Positions 37,413 through 50,424 are shown, numbered from the stretch's first letter. The stretch is 64,000 nucleotides of DNA from an uncultured Lentisphaeraceae bacterium (GCA_949289005.1 CASEMQ010000007.1:73295-137294); one strand, 5' to 3'. Notes: a model not told the origin generated them from the sequence alone. Made by a program: numbers and translations.

Positions 37413-40400
37413 ATGACAAAGAACTTGGCTTTGGCGGGTGCATTGGCGGTTGGTTGCCTGGCGATAGGTCGCCTGGCGGCCGCGCCCGAATGGGAAGACG
37501 AGGCGATCTTCCAGGTGAACCGCGAGCCTGCGCGTGCGGCCTTGATGCCGACCGCCGAGGGCGCGGTGTTTTCGCTGAACGGCAAGTGGAAGTTCCATTT
37601 CGCCATGAAGCCGGCGGAGCGCCCGGTGGATTTTTGGAAGACGACCTTCGATGTGTCGGGGTGGGACACGATTGACGTGCCGCTGAGCTGGCAGATGGCG
37701 GGCTATGGCACGCCGATTTATTCCAACGAGATCTATCCTTTCAAGATTGACCCGCCGCGCGTGACCTCCGCGCCGCCGAAGGACTGGACGTCGTTCAACG
37801 AACGGCCGTCGGTGGGCAGTTACCGTCGCACCTTCACCCTGCCCGATGGTTTCAACAAAGGGCGCGTCTACGTGCGCTTCGATGGCGTCGAGGCCGGTTA
37901 CTACGTTTGGGTGAACGATACGTACATCGGCTACGGCGAGGATTCCTTCACCGCCGGCGAATACGACATCACCAAGGCACTCAAGCCCGGCGAGAACACG
38001 ATTTCCGTGGAAGTCTACCGCTGGACGGATGGCAGCTATCTGGAGGATCAGGACTTTTGGCGCCTCAGCGGCATTTTCCGCGACGTCACGCTTTTCACCA
38101 CCCCTGCCCTGCAGATCCGCGATGTCTGGGTGTGCGCCGGCTTGGCCGATGACTATGCCACCGGCACCGTGGCGGGCGACGTTTGGGTGCGCAATGCCGG
38201 CGACACGCCCACCCAGGGCACCGAGGTCACCCTCTCCATCGGCAAGGTCTACGCCGCCACCTTGCAGGTGCCCGTGCTTCAGCCCGGCGCCGAGGCCAAA
38301 CTTGCCCTGCCCGCCGGCAAGGTGGAGCAGGTGTTGCGCTGGACCGCCGAGACGCCGCACCTCTACGACGTGGCCGTCAGCCTGCCCAACGGCGACGCGC
38401 GCGCGTTCAAGACGGGTTTCCGCCGCATCGAGGTGGGCAAGCAGGGCGAGCTGCTTGTCAATGGCGTCAGCGTCAAACTCAAGGGCGTGAACCGCCACGA
38501 GATGGATCCCGACCGTGGCCGCTACCTTACGCGCGAGAAGATGGAGGCCGATGCCCTCTGGATCAAGAAGGGTAATTTCAACGCCGTCCGCACCGCCCAC
38601 TATCCCAACCATCCCTATTGGTACGAGCTCTGCGACCGCATGGGCATCTACGTGATGGACGAGGCCAACATCGAAGCCCACCAGATCCGTGGCCGCCGCG
38701 AGTGCCTCAACAACGTCCCCTCCTGGCACGCCGCCTATGCCTTCCGCGTGCAGAATATGTTCCAACGCGACAAGAACCACGCCTCCATCATCATGTGGTC
38801 GCTCGGCAACGAGACAGGCCCCGGCAAGAATCTCGAGGACCAGGGCGACTGGCTCAAAAAGACCGACCCTTCCCGTCTCGTCCATTACTGTGACTTCCCG
38901 TGGGGCAGCCCCCACAACGACATGGACAGCGCCATGTACCGTGCGCATGGCAACCTCCACACCATCGCCAAACAGCACACCGACCGCCCCTTCGTTCACG
39001 TCGAGTATGCGCACTCCATGGGCAACGCCTGCGGCATGTTCGATGAATATATCAAGATTTACGAACAATATCCCCGCATGATCGGTGGCTTCGTCTGGGA
39101 CTTCATCGACCAAGGGCTCCGCGCCGAGAAGGATCCCGCCACCGGCCGCTTCCGCCTGCGTCCCTTCACCGGCAAGTCCCTCGCCTTCGGCGGGCTTTTC
39201 GGCGATCGCCCCAACTTCGGCGACTTCTGCGACAACGGCGTCATCACCGCCGAGCATAAGCCAAAAGGCCAGTTCTGGGCCATCAAGCGCGCCCAGCAAT
39301 ATTTTGCCTTCGCCTGGGACGCCCAGAAGCAGGCGCTCACCCTCACCAGCAAGTTCTTCCACAAGACCGCCTCCGGCTATGCCCTCTACAACAAGCAGGG
39401 CAAGGTGCTCGCCCAAATCCCCGACCTCAAGCCCGGCGAAAGCGCCACCATTCCCCTCGTGCCCGCCGCCGCGCCCGGCGAGGACTTCGCCGTCTTCGTC
39501 GCGCCCGCCGAGGGTATTGACCCCGCCGCCATCGTCACCGACTGCGAGGCGTGGTTCGCCATCCCCTCCGCCAAGCCCCTCCCGCCGCCCCACAAAACCG
39601 CCGGCCTCCTCCCCAAAATCGCCCTCGCCGTCGCCCAGACGCCCGATGGCGCACTCCAAATCTCCGGCGCCGACCAGACCGAGACCCGCCTCACCTTCCG
39701 CGACGGCGTCCTCGCCCAGGTGCGTTACAACGGCAAGGAGCTCCTCGCCTCGCCCCCGCGCTTCACCCTCTACCGCGCCCGCATCAACAACGATCGCTAC
39801 ATTAAGGACTCCCCCACCTGGCGCTCACTCCGTGACCAGAAGAACCGTTGTCTCTCCATGAAGTGGCGCAAACTCGAGGCCGACCAAGAGGCCGTCCAGG
39901 TTATCGCCGAGATGGAGACCGATGGCGGCAACGTCCCTTACAAATACACCCTCGTTTGGACCGTTCTCCTCAACACCGTCACCTGCGAGGGCGTCTTCTA
40001 CCCGCAATCCCCCGAGGAAATCATCCCGCGCCTCGGCTTCGAGCTTGCCGTCGACAAGCGCCTCGACACCGTCCACTACTCCGCGCTTGGACCCTTCGAG
40101 AACTATGTCGACCGCAAGTTCCACGTCTGGCACGATCGTTTTACCGCCAAGGTCGCCGACTTCTTCGTTCCCTATCCCGAGACGCAGGAATATGGTAACC
40201 GCGAGGAGGCCAAGTGGGTCTTCCTCTCCGACGGCGAGGATTCCATCTGCTTCTTCCCCAACAGCATTGGCAAGACCTTCGCCTTCTCCGTCAACCAGTG
40301 GGATGCCGTCACCCTCTACGACGCCATGCTTCCCTCCCTCTTGCCCACCCCCGACAAGACCTGGCTCCACCTTGACTACGCCCAGACCGGGCTCGGCAAC

Positions 40401-41165
40401 GGATCCTGCGGCCCCCGCCCTTGGGCGGAACACCTCGTCTACAACAAGCCCTTCACCTTCGGCTTCGCCCTGCGCTTTGGTTCCCGCCCCTTCAAGGCCG
40501 AGCCGTTCCGCTCGACCGCCGGCCTGGCCCTTGTCACGCGCGACACCAAAAACCTCGTCACCCTCACCCCCGACCGTCCCGGCGCCCAAATGACCTACGC
40601 CATCGATGGGGCCGAGCCCAAGCCCTACACCGCGCCCTTCCGCCTTGACAGCGGCACCGTCACCGCCACCGTCCTTCCCGAGGGAGACCTCCTCCCCACG
40701 CCCCCCACCTCCCGCACTTTCGCCAAGGAAGCCGCGCGCACCGCCTGGAAGGTAGTCGCCGTCTCCTCCGAGGAGCCCGGCGAGGGCAACGTCGCCAACA
40801 TCTTCGATGGCAACCCAAAAACCTATTGGCACACCGACTGGCGCAACGTTCATCCCGATTATCCTCACTCCTTCACCCTCGACCTTGGCGAAGCCCAGGA
40901 CATCCTAGGCATCCGCCTCCTCCCTCGTTCCGACGAGGTCAATGGCCTCATCGGCACCTGCCGTGTCGAGGTCAGTGCCGACGCCAAGACCTGGGCCACC
41001 GCCTTCGAGGGCAAGACCGGTTGGACCGCCAACAACCGCAAGTGGAAAGACTTGGACTTCGCCGCTCCCGCCAAGGCGCGCTACCTCCGCTTCACCGCCC
41101 TTGCCCCCGCCATCCAAGGCCACATTTGGGCTACTCTCAGCGAACTCACCCTCAAAGTGAAGTGA
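37413..41165 (+). CDS. Beta-galactosidase, GH2 family, with C-terminal F5/8 type C (discoidin) domain
   Basis: 1250 aa; signal peptide; GH2 sugar-binding/TIM-barrel signature regions (WSLGNE, NRHE); the last ~150 aa carry a discoidin-like NIFDGNPKTYWHTDW motif; SD agagaaggag. Confidence 0.8.
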   Translation: MTKNLALAGALAVGCLAIGRLAAAPEWEDEAIFQVNREPARAALMPTAEGAVFSLNGKWKFHFAMKPAERPVDFWKTTFDVSGWDTIDVPLSWQMAGYGTPIYSNEIYPFKIDPPRVTSAPPKDWTSFNERPSVGSYRRTFTLPDGFNKGRVYVRFDGVEAGYYVWVNDTYIGYGEDSFTAGEYDITKALKPGENTISVEVYRWTDGSYLEDQDFWRLSGIFRDVTLFTTPALQIRDVWVCAGLADDYATGTVAGDVWVRNAGDTPTQGTEVTLSIGKVYAATLQVPVLQPGAEAKLALPAGKVEQVLRWTAETPHLYDVAVSLPNGDARAFKTGFRRIEVGKQGELLVNGVSVKLKGVNRHEMDPDRGRYLTREKMEADALWIKKGNFNAVRTAHYPNHPYWYELCDRMGIYVMDEANIEAHQIRGRRECLNNVPSWHAAYAFRVQNMFQRDKNHASIIMWSLGNETGPGKNLEDQGDWLKKTDPSRLVHYCDFPWGSPHNDMDSAMYRAHGNLHTIAKQHTDRPFVHVEYAHSMGNACGMFDEYIKIYEQYPRMIGGFVWDFIDQGLRAEKDPATGRFRLRPFTGKSLAFGGLFGDRPNFGDFCDNGVITAEHKPKGQFWAIKRAQQYFAFAWDAQKQALTLTSKFFHKTASGYALYNKQGKVLAQIPDLKPGESATIPLVPAAAPGEDFAVFVAPAEGIDPAAIVTDCEAWFAIPSAKPLPPPHKTAGLLPKIALAVAQTPDGALQISGADQTETRLTFRDGVLAQVRYNGKELLASPPRFTLYRARINNDRYIKDSPTWRSLRDQKNRCLSMKWRKLEADQEAVQVIAEMETDGGNVPYKYTLVWTVLLNTVTCEGVFYPQSPEEIIPRLGFELAVDKRLDTVHYSALGPFENYVDRKFHVWHDRFTAKVADFFVPYPETQEYGNREEAKWVFLSDGEDSICFFPNSIGKTFAFSVNQWDAVTLYDAMLPSLLPTPDKTWLHLDYAQTGLGNGSCGPRPWAEHLVYNKPFTFGFALRFGSRPFKAEPFRSTAGLALVTRDTKNLVTLTPDRPGAQMTYAIDGAEPKPYTAPFRLDSGTVTATVLPEGDLLPTPPTSRTFAKEAARTAWKVVAVSSEEPGEGNVANIFDGNPKTYWHTDWRNVHPDYPHSFTLDLGEAQDILGIRLLPRSDEVNGLIGTCRVEVSADAKTWATAFEGKTGWTANNRKWKDLDFAAPAKARYLRFTALAPAIQGHIWATLSELTLKVK

Positions 41166-41184
41166 CCCTCACGCGAACAAAAAG

Positions 41185-41219
41185 CCGCGCACCGCCTTTG
41201 GTGGTGCGCGTTTTTTTTT
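41185..41219 (+). terminator. Rho-independent terminator after the GH2 gene
   Basis: CGCGCACC-gcctttgg-GGTGCGCG followed by T9. Confidence 0.7.
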
Positions 41220-41340
41220 GTTTGTGTCACGGATTCGACCGCAGGAGAGCGGGCGCTTGTGCGCGTCGCGCACGACAAATCCCGGCACTTGCTGTCGCCC
41301 AAAGGTGAAGTTTGGTAGACTGGGCGCGAAAGGAACGACG

Positions 41341-42873
<1,533 letters not shown>

Positions 42874-42895
42874 ATCTTGCGTGGTGCGAGGGGGT

Positions 42896-43080
42896 ATGTC
42901 GGGCCTGTCAATAACTTTGCGAAATCCGTTGAAAACCTGTTGAAGGAGGGTAGGGCCGGAGGCGCCCCAAAACAACTTTTTCAATCAGGGAGCGGGGTCG
43001 TTTTTCGAGACACGCCGTATCGCGTCTTGAGACGCGGCGTGTCTCGGCACGAGGTGCGCCGTATCGTTCGCCGGGGTTGC
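42896..43080 (-). repeat. Dispersed ~190 bp intergenic repeat element, copy 3 (reverse orientation)
   Basis: Its reverse complement has the tandem acggcg..gtctcg units, GACCCCGCTCCCTGATTGAAAAA and CAACAGGTTTTCAACGGATTTCGCAAAGTTATTGACAGG. Confidence 0.8.
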
Positions 43081-43214
43081 CCGGCGGATCTTTCGGGAAA
43101 TGGGGTTCCCAACGGTCCGGGCACGCATTCGTTCTATGGCGTTGCGCCGTTTTCCTCCGGCTCTCCGTCGCCCGAATGGGGCGTTCGCTGTCCGCTGTTT
43201 ACTGTTCATTCATT

Positions 43215-43223
43215 TGTTATAAT
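43215..43223 (+). promoter_or_regulatory. Candidate extended -10 element TGTTATAAT in an AT-rich patch upstream of glnS
   Basis: Perfect TGnTATAAT 31 nt upstream of the glnS ATG; a local AT-rich island in a 70% GC genome. Confidence 0.4.
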
Positions 43224-43253
43224 ATCCGGCAGTTTATGAGGACTTGCGACGTT

Positions 43254-44969
<1,716 letters not shown>

Positions 44970-44994
44970 CGAGATTATCCAACGAGGATTCGTC

Positions 44995-45873
44995 ATGCTT
45001 ACGCTCAAAGGTGTTTACAGCGCGCTTGTCACGCCCTTCAACACGGATGGTTCCGTGGACTACGGAGCCCTGCGTGCGCTTGTCCAGTGGCAGATTGCCG
45101 AGGGTGTCGCGGGCGTGAGCCCCGTCGGCACGACGGGCGAGTCGCCCACGCTCAGCCCATCGGATCACCTGAAGGTGATCGAGGCGACCGTGGAGGCCGT
45201 GGGCGGCAAGGCGCAAATCATCGCCGGCACGGGGGCCAACTCCACCGAGGAGGCCATCCATCTCACCAAGGAAATCATCGGACTGGGCGTGGATGCCTCG
45301 CTCCAGGTGACGCCCTACTACAACAAACCGAACGCGGAGGGCCTCTACCGCCACTTCGCCGCGGTGGCGGATTTGGGTGTCCCGGTGGTGCTCTACAACG
45401 TGCCCGGGCGCAGCGCCAAGGAAATCCCGCTTGGCGTGGTGGCGCGCTTGGCCAAGCACCCGAACGTCTGCGCCATCAAAGAGGCGGCCGGCAGCGTGGA
45501 TCGCGTCTCGGCCATCCGCCAGCTTTGCCCGGGACTCACCGTGCTCTCGGGTGACGACGCGCTTACGTTGCCGATGCTCGCTGTGGGTGCGCGCGGCGTG
45601 ATTTCCGTCTGCTCCAACGTCATTCCCCGCGCCATGAGCGAGATGGTCAACTTGGCGTTGGATGGCGACTTCGTGAAGGCGCGCGAGTACCACGAGCGCT
45701 ACTACCGCCTCTTCCGCGACCTTTTCTGCGACACCAACCCGATCCCCGTCAAGGCCGCGCTCGGGATGATGGGCAAGATCCACCCCGTCTACCGCCTGCC
45801 GCTCTGCCCGCCGGATGAGGCGTGCGCCGCGACCATTCGCGACACGCTGCTCGCGCTCGGGCTCATCAAGTGA
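44995..45873 (+). CDS. dapA: 4-hydroxy-tetrahydrodipicolinate synthase
   Basis: ALVTPF, GTTGES, active-site Lys region CAIKEA; 292 aa. Confidence 0.8.
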   Translation: MLTLKGVYSALVTPFNTDGSVDYGALRALVQWQIAEGVAGVSPVGTTGESPTLSPSDHLKVIEATVEAVGGKAQIIAGTGANSTEEAIHLTKEIIGLGVDASLQVTPYYNKPNAEGLYRHFAAVADLGVPVVLYNVPGRSAKEIPLGVVARLAKHPNVCAIKEAAGSVDRVSAIRQLCPGLTVLSGDDALTLPMLAVGARGVISVCSNVIPRAMSEMVNLALDGDFVKAREYHERYYRLFRDLFCDTNPIPVKAALGMMGKIHPVYRLPLCPPDEACAATIRDTLLALGLIK

Positions 45874-45892
45874 CACCTCCGGGAGGAAACGT

Positions 45893-46663
45893 ATGAAACT
45901 TGCCATTCTGGGCGGTGCCGGCCGCATGGGGCAGATGCTCCTGGCCTGCGCCAAGACACAGGAAATCGAGGTTGTGGCCGTCACCGAGGCGCCCGGTTCC
46001 CCCCACGTCGGGCAACCCGCCGCGCCGGGGCTCTGCTATCAGGATGTCTGGCCGGCCAATGCCGATACCGTCATCGACTTCACCTTCCATTCCTGCGTGC
46101 GCGACAACCTGGCCAACGCGGTGGCCTGCCGTCAGGCCTACGTGCTCGGCACCACGGGCCTTACCGCCGAAGAACGTGCCGCGGTCGACGAAGCCTCCAA
46201 AACCATTCCCCTCTGCTTCGCCCCCAACTTCTCCCTGGGCATCAACCTGCTCTTGGAACTGGTTCGTCGCGCCGCCGCTGTGCTTGACGAAAGTTACGAC
46301 GCGGAAATCGTCGAGATGCACCATCGCCACAAGAAGGATGCCCCCAGCGGCACCGCGCTCGGCCTCGCCGAGGCCCTTGCCGAAGGCCGCAACGTCAATC
46401 TTGACGCCGTGGCCTGCTATGGTCGCCACGGCATCGTCGGCGAGCGCCCTGCCGGGGAAATCGGCATCCACGCCATCCGCGGCGGCGCGGTGGTGGGCGA
46501 CCATACCGTCATCTTCGCCGCCGACGAGGAACGCGTCGAGATCGCCCACAAGGCAGCCTCGCGCGCAGCCTTCGCCAAGGGCGCCATCAAGGCCGCGCAG
46601 TGGCTCTTGGGGCGGGCGCCCGGCCTCTATGACATGCGCGATGTGCTTGGCTTCCGGGGCTGA
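45893..46663 (+). CDS. dapB: 4-hydroxy-tetrahydrodipicolinate reductase
   Basis: ATG at 45893 with SD gggagga; MKLAILGGAGRMG Rossmann N-terminus; EIVEMHHRHKKDAPSGTA DapB signature. Confidence 0.8.
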   Translation: MKLAILGGAGRMGQMLLACAKTQEIEVVAVTEAPGSPHVGQPAAPGLCYQDVWPANADTVIDFTFHSCVRDNLANAVACRQAYVLGTTGLTAEERAAVDEASKTIPLCFAPNFSLGINLLLELVRRAAAVLDESYDAEIVEMHHRHKKDAPSGTALGLAEALAEGRNVNLDAVACYGRHGIVGERPAGEIGIHAIRGGAVVGDHTVIFAADEERVEIAHKAASRAAFAKGAIKAAQWLLGRAPGLYDMRDVLGFRG

Positions 46664-46666
46664 CCG

Positions 46667-47110
46667 ATGCCCCGCGCCGTCATTGCGCTCGGTAGCAACC
46701 TGGGCCTCCGCGAGGAGGCCCTTTCGCTTGCCACAGCCGCCATCGCCCACCTCCCCGGCACCACGCTCCTGGCCACCGCCAAGCGCTACGAGACGGCGCC
46801 CGTGGACGTCCCGCCGCGCTTTGCCCGGCTCACTTTTCTCAATTCCGCCTTGCTTGTCGAGACTTCCCTTGCGCCCGAGGCGTTGCTGGGGCACCTCCTG
46901 CGCATCGAGGCCGAGGCCGGTCGCGTCCGCACCGTCCGCAACGGCCCGCGCCCCATCGACCTCGATCTCATCCTCTACGAAGGCGTTGCGTGCGACACGC
47001 CGCGCCTCACCCTGCCGCACCCCCGCGCCCACTTGCGCGACTTCGTGCTCCGCCCCCTCGCCGATCTCGGCATCGCGCGCGAAGACCTTCTCGCCAACCG
47101 AATCCCATGA
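46667..47110 (+). CDS. folK: 2-amino-4-hydroxy-6-hydroxymethyldihydropteridine diphosphokinase
   Basis: VIALGSNLG N-terminus, GPRPIDLDLI, LTLPHP motifs of HPPK. Confidence 0.8.
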   Translation: MPRAVIALGSNLGLREEALSLATAAIAHLPGTTLLATAKRYETAPVDVPPRFARLTFLNSALLVETSLAPEALLGHLLRIEAEAGRVRTVRNGPRPIDLDLILYEGVACDTPRLTLPHPRAHLRDFVLRPLADLGIAREDLLANRIP

Positions 47111-47242
47111 GTGCCCGGCGGCATGAAGGTCGGAGCGGGCGGTTTGGAGACTGATTGTTTGGTGCGCGCGACGGAGTGGCTGATGGTGCGCGTGAGCGGT
47201 CGGTTGTCGGCTTGGGGCGTTGCCGTCATCGGCCGAACAAAA

Positions 47243-47323
47243 TGGGCCCGGAGGGGGTCGAACCCTCACGCCTGGGGCACAGGAACCTAAATCCTGCGTG
47301 TCTGCCAATTCCACCACGAGCCC
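47243..47323 (-). tRNA. tRNA-Leu (anticodon TAG), class II with long variable arm; CCA not encoded
   Basis: Minus-strand sequence GGGCTCG-TG-GTGGAATTGGCAGACAC-G-CAGGA-TTTAGGT-TCCTG-TGCCCCAGGCGTGA-GGGTTCGACCCCC-TCCGGGCCC-A folds into a cloverleaf with a 7-bp acceptor stem (one G-U pair), 3-bp D stem and TTCGA T-loop. Confidence 0.8.
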
Positions 47324-47409
47324 GTAAAATGCTCGCAGTATAGCACATTCCCCAATCCTTTGCCGCCGCACGCCGATTGCCCAATCGTACGCGGGTCAAG
47401 CTGGCGTTC

Positions 47410-49020
47410 ATGGCCAACCAGGAAAATCTGGCGGAGATGGGCAGGGCTGGGCGGGTCCTTGACACGCTCGCCAAATTGGTACGCGCGCTCGCGGAGGCGC
47501 TCCACGCCGTCAGGCCAAGGCAGGGATTGGATGGCGCGGGCTCGGTGCTTGACGCGTTCCTGAAGGAGACGGCGCCTTCGCAGGGGGCCGAGCGGACGCT
47601 CCGCGAAAGCGGCGTCCCCGTGGACGAAATCAACGAAATGGAAGCGGCGCAAGCCCCGCAAGAGCCCGCGCCGGAAACGTCCGCGCCGGAAGAAAAGCAA
47701 CGGGCGCAGGCCAAACGCCGCGACCTGATGGAGCGCCGCAGAAGGAAGTATTCCACAGAAAGCGTGTGGGATGAGCCAACCGTTACCGTGCGGAGTGTGC
47801 GCAACCCGGACGTCCGCTGGAGCACGGAAGACGTGGGTGATGATGTCTTGAACGCGATGGATATGCTTGCCCAAGGACGGGACACGACTATTCAGAGCAA
47901 CGCGCTGGGCGAGGTCGTCTATCCGTTTGGCAAGTTCGGCAAGGGTGGAAGTGGGTTCTTGCACATTGTCGAGCGGCGCATGGAACAGGGGCATACGCTT
48001 GAGGAGGCTATCGAGATTGCCTTGCGCGTGGGCGAGGCGGCGGCAAGAGGTGAGAAAACTTCTGAACAGGGAAACATTCGTTGGCTTGACCGTAATGGGC
48101 ACAGAGCGGTCGTGGCAATAAATGAGAATGATAAACCGATTATAACTGGGTATGATATTTATCCAAAAGAAAGCGCGGGTGATGAACGGATGCCTATACT
48201 CCCGCCGTCCAACTCCGCACCTATTCCCCCGGGCCGCAAAGAAGAGGTGGTTGCCGCGCTGAAACAGATTGTAGCAAACATCCGTTCGGCCCGTGGTGTG
48301 CGGCACTCGACGGAGGACGTGGGCTCGTCGCGTTTTTCGGAGACGCGGGAGGGGAAGCGGATTGTGGCGGCGCTGGTGGACAACCTGATTGCGCACCAGG
48401 CTGACTTGGCGTTCGGGAACGAGGCGCTGGCGGAGCGTCTGGCGCAGAAGGGGAACGCGGGCGTGGGGAAGTGGAACAAGGTGACGCGGGTCTCGGAGAA
48501 CGGGACGGTGTTGCCGGGGAACGCGGAGGAGCTGGCGCGGGAGGAGGCGTTCAGGGCGTGGCAGTTCGGGCGGCCGGGTGGCGAAGACCTGAAGGGCTTG
48601 GTACGCGCGTGCGGGGGCGCGGCGAACTGGCTAGACGTGGTGGGGACGGCGTACGAGGTGCTGTCGGCGATACGTTCTGGGAACCTGCTCGGTGGGCTAA
48701 ACAAGACGGTGGCGGAACGTTTCGGGAAGAACGAGAAGGAGGCGGTGGGGTGGTACGTGCAGAGGATTGTGTCCGCGCGCGCGACGGACTTTGGGCAGAA
48801 GTGCTACCTGATGGGGCGGAAGTTCGCGACGGATTTGATGCGGGAGGCGAACGCGAGCGCGATTGCGGAGCTGCGCCGTGAGTACAAGGGAAAACTTTCG
48901 GAGGAGCGCGGGAAGACGCGGAAGGCGAAGGAGCGTGCATGTGGGCTTGAGCGGACGGCAGAGCGGCGCGAGGCGAACCTTCGCGCGGCGGAAGCCAGCC
49001 CCATAAGAACGTTCCGGTAG
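47410..49020 (+). CDS. Hypothetical protein, compositionally atypical (low GC), internal duplication
   Basis: ATG at 47410 (a TTG at 47377 is also in frame); GC is visibly lower (about 55%) than its surroundings; two related segments (VRNPDVRWSTEDVGDDV and ARGVRHSTEDVGSSRF); no family recognised. Confidence 0.5.
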   Translation: MANQENLAEMGRAGRVLDTLAKLVRALAEALHAVRPRQGLDGAGSVLDAFLKETAPSQGAERTLRESGVPVDEINEMEAAQAPQEPAPETSAPEEKQRAQAKRRDLMERRRRKYSTESVWDEPTVTVRSVRNPDVRWSTEDVGDDVLNAMDMLAQGRDTTIQSNALGEVVYPFGKFGKGGSGFLHIVERRMEQGHTLEEAIEIALRVGEAAARGEKTSEQGNIRWLDRNGHRAVVAINENDKPIITGYDIYPKESAGDERMPILPPSNSAPIPPGRKEEVVAALKQIVANIRSARGVRHSTEDVGSSRFSETREGKRIVAALVDNLIAHQADLAFGNEALAERLAQKGNAGVGKWNKVTRVSENGTVLPGNAEELAREEAFRAWQFGRPGGEDLKGLVRACGGAANWLDVVGTAYEVLSAIRSGNLLGGLNKTVAERFGKNEKEAVGWYVQRIVSARATDFGQKCYLMGRKFATDLMREANASAIAELRREYKGKLSEERGKTRKAKERACGLERTAERREANLRAAEASPIRTFR

Positions 49021-49107
49021 CGTTGGCCGGTCGCGGCGGGTGTGCGTTGTGGGTGTGCGCTGTGGTATACTATCGGGATTCGTGAAACGAAGGAAGGAAG
49101 CCGAAGC

Positions 49108-50424
49108 ATGACACAGTTGGAAGCCGCCCGTTCTGGAATTGTCACCGAGGCCATGCGTGCCGTTGCCGCCGACGAGGGGCTGACGGGTGAGGCCGTGTGC
49201 GAGGCGGTGGCCTCCGGGCGTGCCGTCATCCCGCTCAATCCTGCGCATAAGGGGGTGCGGCCGACGGGGGTGGGGCGGATGTTCACCACGAAGATCAACG
49301 CGAACCTGGGGCGTTCGCCCACGCGTTCGGGCAAGGGGGACGAGCTGGACAAGTTGCAGGTGGCGTTGGACGCAGGGGCGCAGTTTGTGATGGATTTGTC
49401 TGTGGGGACGGGCAAGGGCGCGGAGGAGATTCGCGCGGAGTTGCGTGACATCCGGCAGGGCATGCTGGAGCGTTCGCCGGCGCCGTTGGGCACCGTTCCG
49501 GTCTATGAGACGATTTCGCGGCTGGATGGCGAAATTCCGGAGATGGACCCGGCGTATCTGCTGGACGTGATCCGCGAGCAGGCCGAGCAGGGCGTGGACT
49601 TCATGACGTTGCACGCGGGTTTGGTCCGCGCCAATTTGCCGTTGGCCGACGGTCGCAAAATGGGCATTGTCTCGCGCGGCGGCGCCATCATGGCTGAGTG
49701 GATGCGCCGCCACAACGCCGAGAACCCGCTCTATGCCCATTGGGACGAGGTGATGGACATTTTGGCCGAGCACGACGTGACGGTCTCGTTGGGCGATGGC
49801 CTGCGCCCGGGATGCCTGGCGGACGCGGGCGACGATGCGCAGTATGCGGAGCTGGCGGTGCTTGGCGAGCTGGTGCGGCGGTGCCGCGCGCGGGGCGTCC
49901 AGGCGATGGTCGAGGGGCCTGGCCATGTGCCCTTCAACCAAATCCGCGAGCAGATGGAGCGCGAGCAGGAATTGTGCGACGGCGCGCCTTTCTATGTGTT
50001 GGGCCCGATCGTGACGGACATCGCGGCGGGTTACGACCACATCGCCTCGGCCATTGGGGCCACGGCGGCCGCCACCTATGGCGCCTCCTTGCTGTGCTAC
50101 GTAACGCCCGCCGAGCACCTCGGCCTGCCCGACGCCTCGGAGGTTCACCAAGGGTGCGTCGCCCACCTCATCGCCGCCCATGCGGGCGATGTGGCGCGTG
50201 GCTTGCCGGGTGCCCGCGCGCGGGATGACCGCATGGCGCAGGCGCGATATGACTTCGACTGGAAGGCGCAGTTCGAGCAGGCGCTCGACCCTTGCACCGC
50301 GCGTGAGCGGTGGCTGCGCACGCGCGCCGAGAACGGCGCCGCGTTGGACGACGACCATTGCTCGATGTGCGGCAAGGCCTTCTGCGCCGTCCGCACCACC
50401 AAGCGCATGCGCCAGGGTTTATAA
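49108..50424 (+). CDS. thiC: Phosphomethylpyrimidine synthase
   Basis: ATG at 49108 with SD aaggaagga; radical-SAM-like ThiC C-terminal CSMCGKAFC; 438 aa. Confidence 0.85.
   Translation: MTQLEAARSGIVTEAMRAVAADEGLTGEAVCEAVASGRAVIPLNPAHKGVRPTGVGRMFTTKINANLGRSPTRSGKGDELDKLQVALDAGAQFVMDLSVGTGKGAEEIRAELRDIRQGMLERSPAPLGTVPVYETISRLDGEIPEMDPAYLLDVIREQAEQGVDFMTLHAGLVRANLPLADGRKMGIVSRGGAIMAEWMRRHNAENPLYAHWDEVMDILAEHDVTVSLGDGLRPGCLADAGDDAQYAELAVLGELVRRCRARGVQAMVEGPGHVPFNQIREQMEREQELCDGAPFYVLGPIVTDIAAGYDHIASAIGATAAATYGASLLCYVTPAEHLGLPDASEVHQGCVAHLIAAHAGDVARGLPGARARDDRMAQARYDFDWKAQFEQALDPCTARERWLRTRAENGAALDDDHCSMCGKAFCAVRTTKRMRQGL

Noticed and set aside
47111-49020. Integrated genomic island or prophage at tRNA-Leu
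   Set aside because: The low-GC gene lies on the 5' side of the minus-strand tRNA, not past its 3' end. No integrase or recombinase ORF is present, and no direct repeat of the tRNA 3' end is visible, so at most it is a single-gene insertion.
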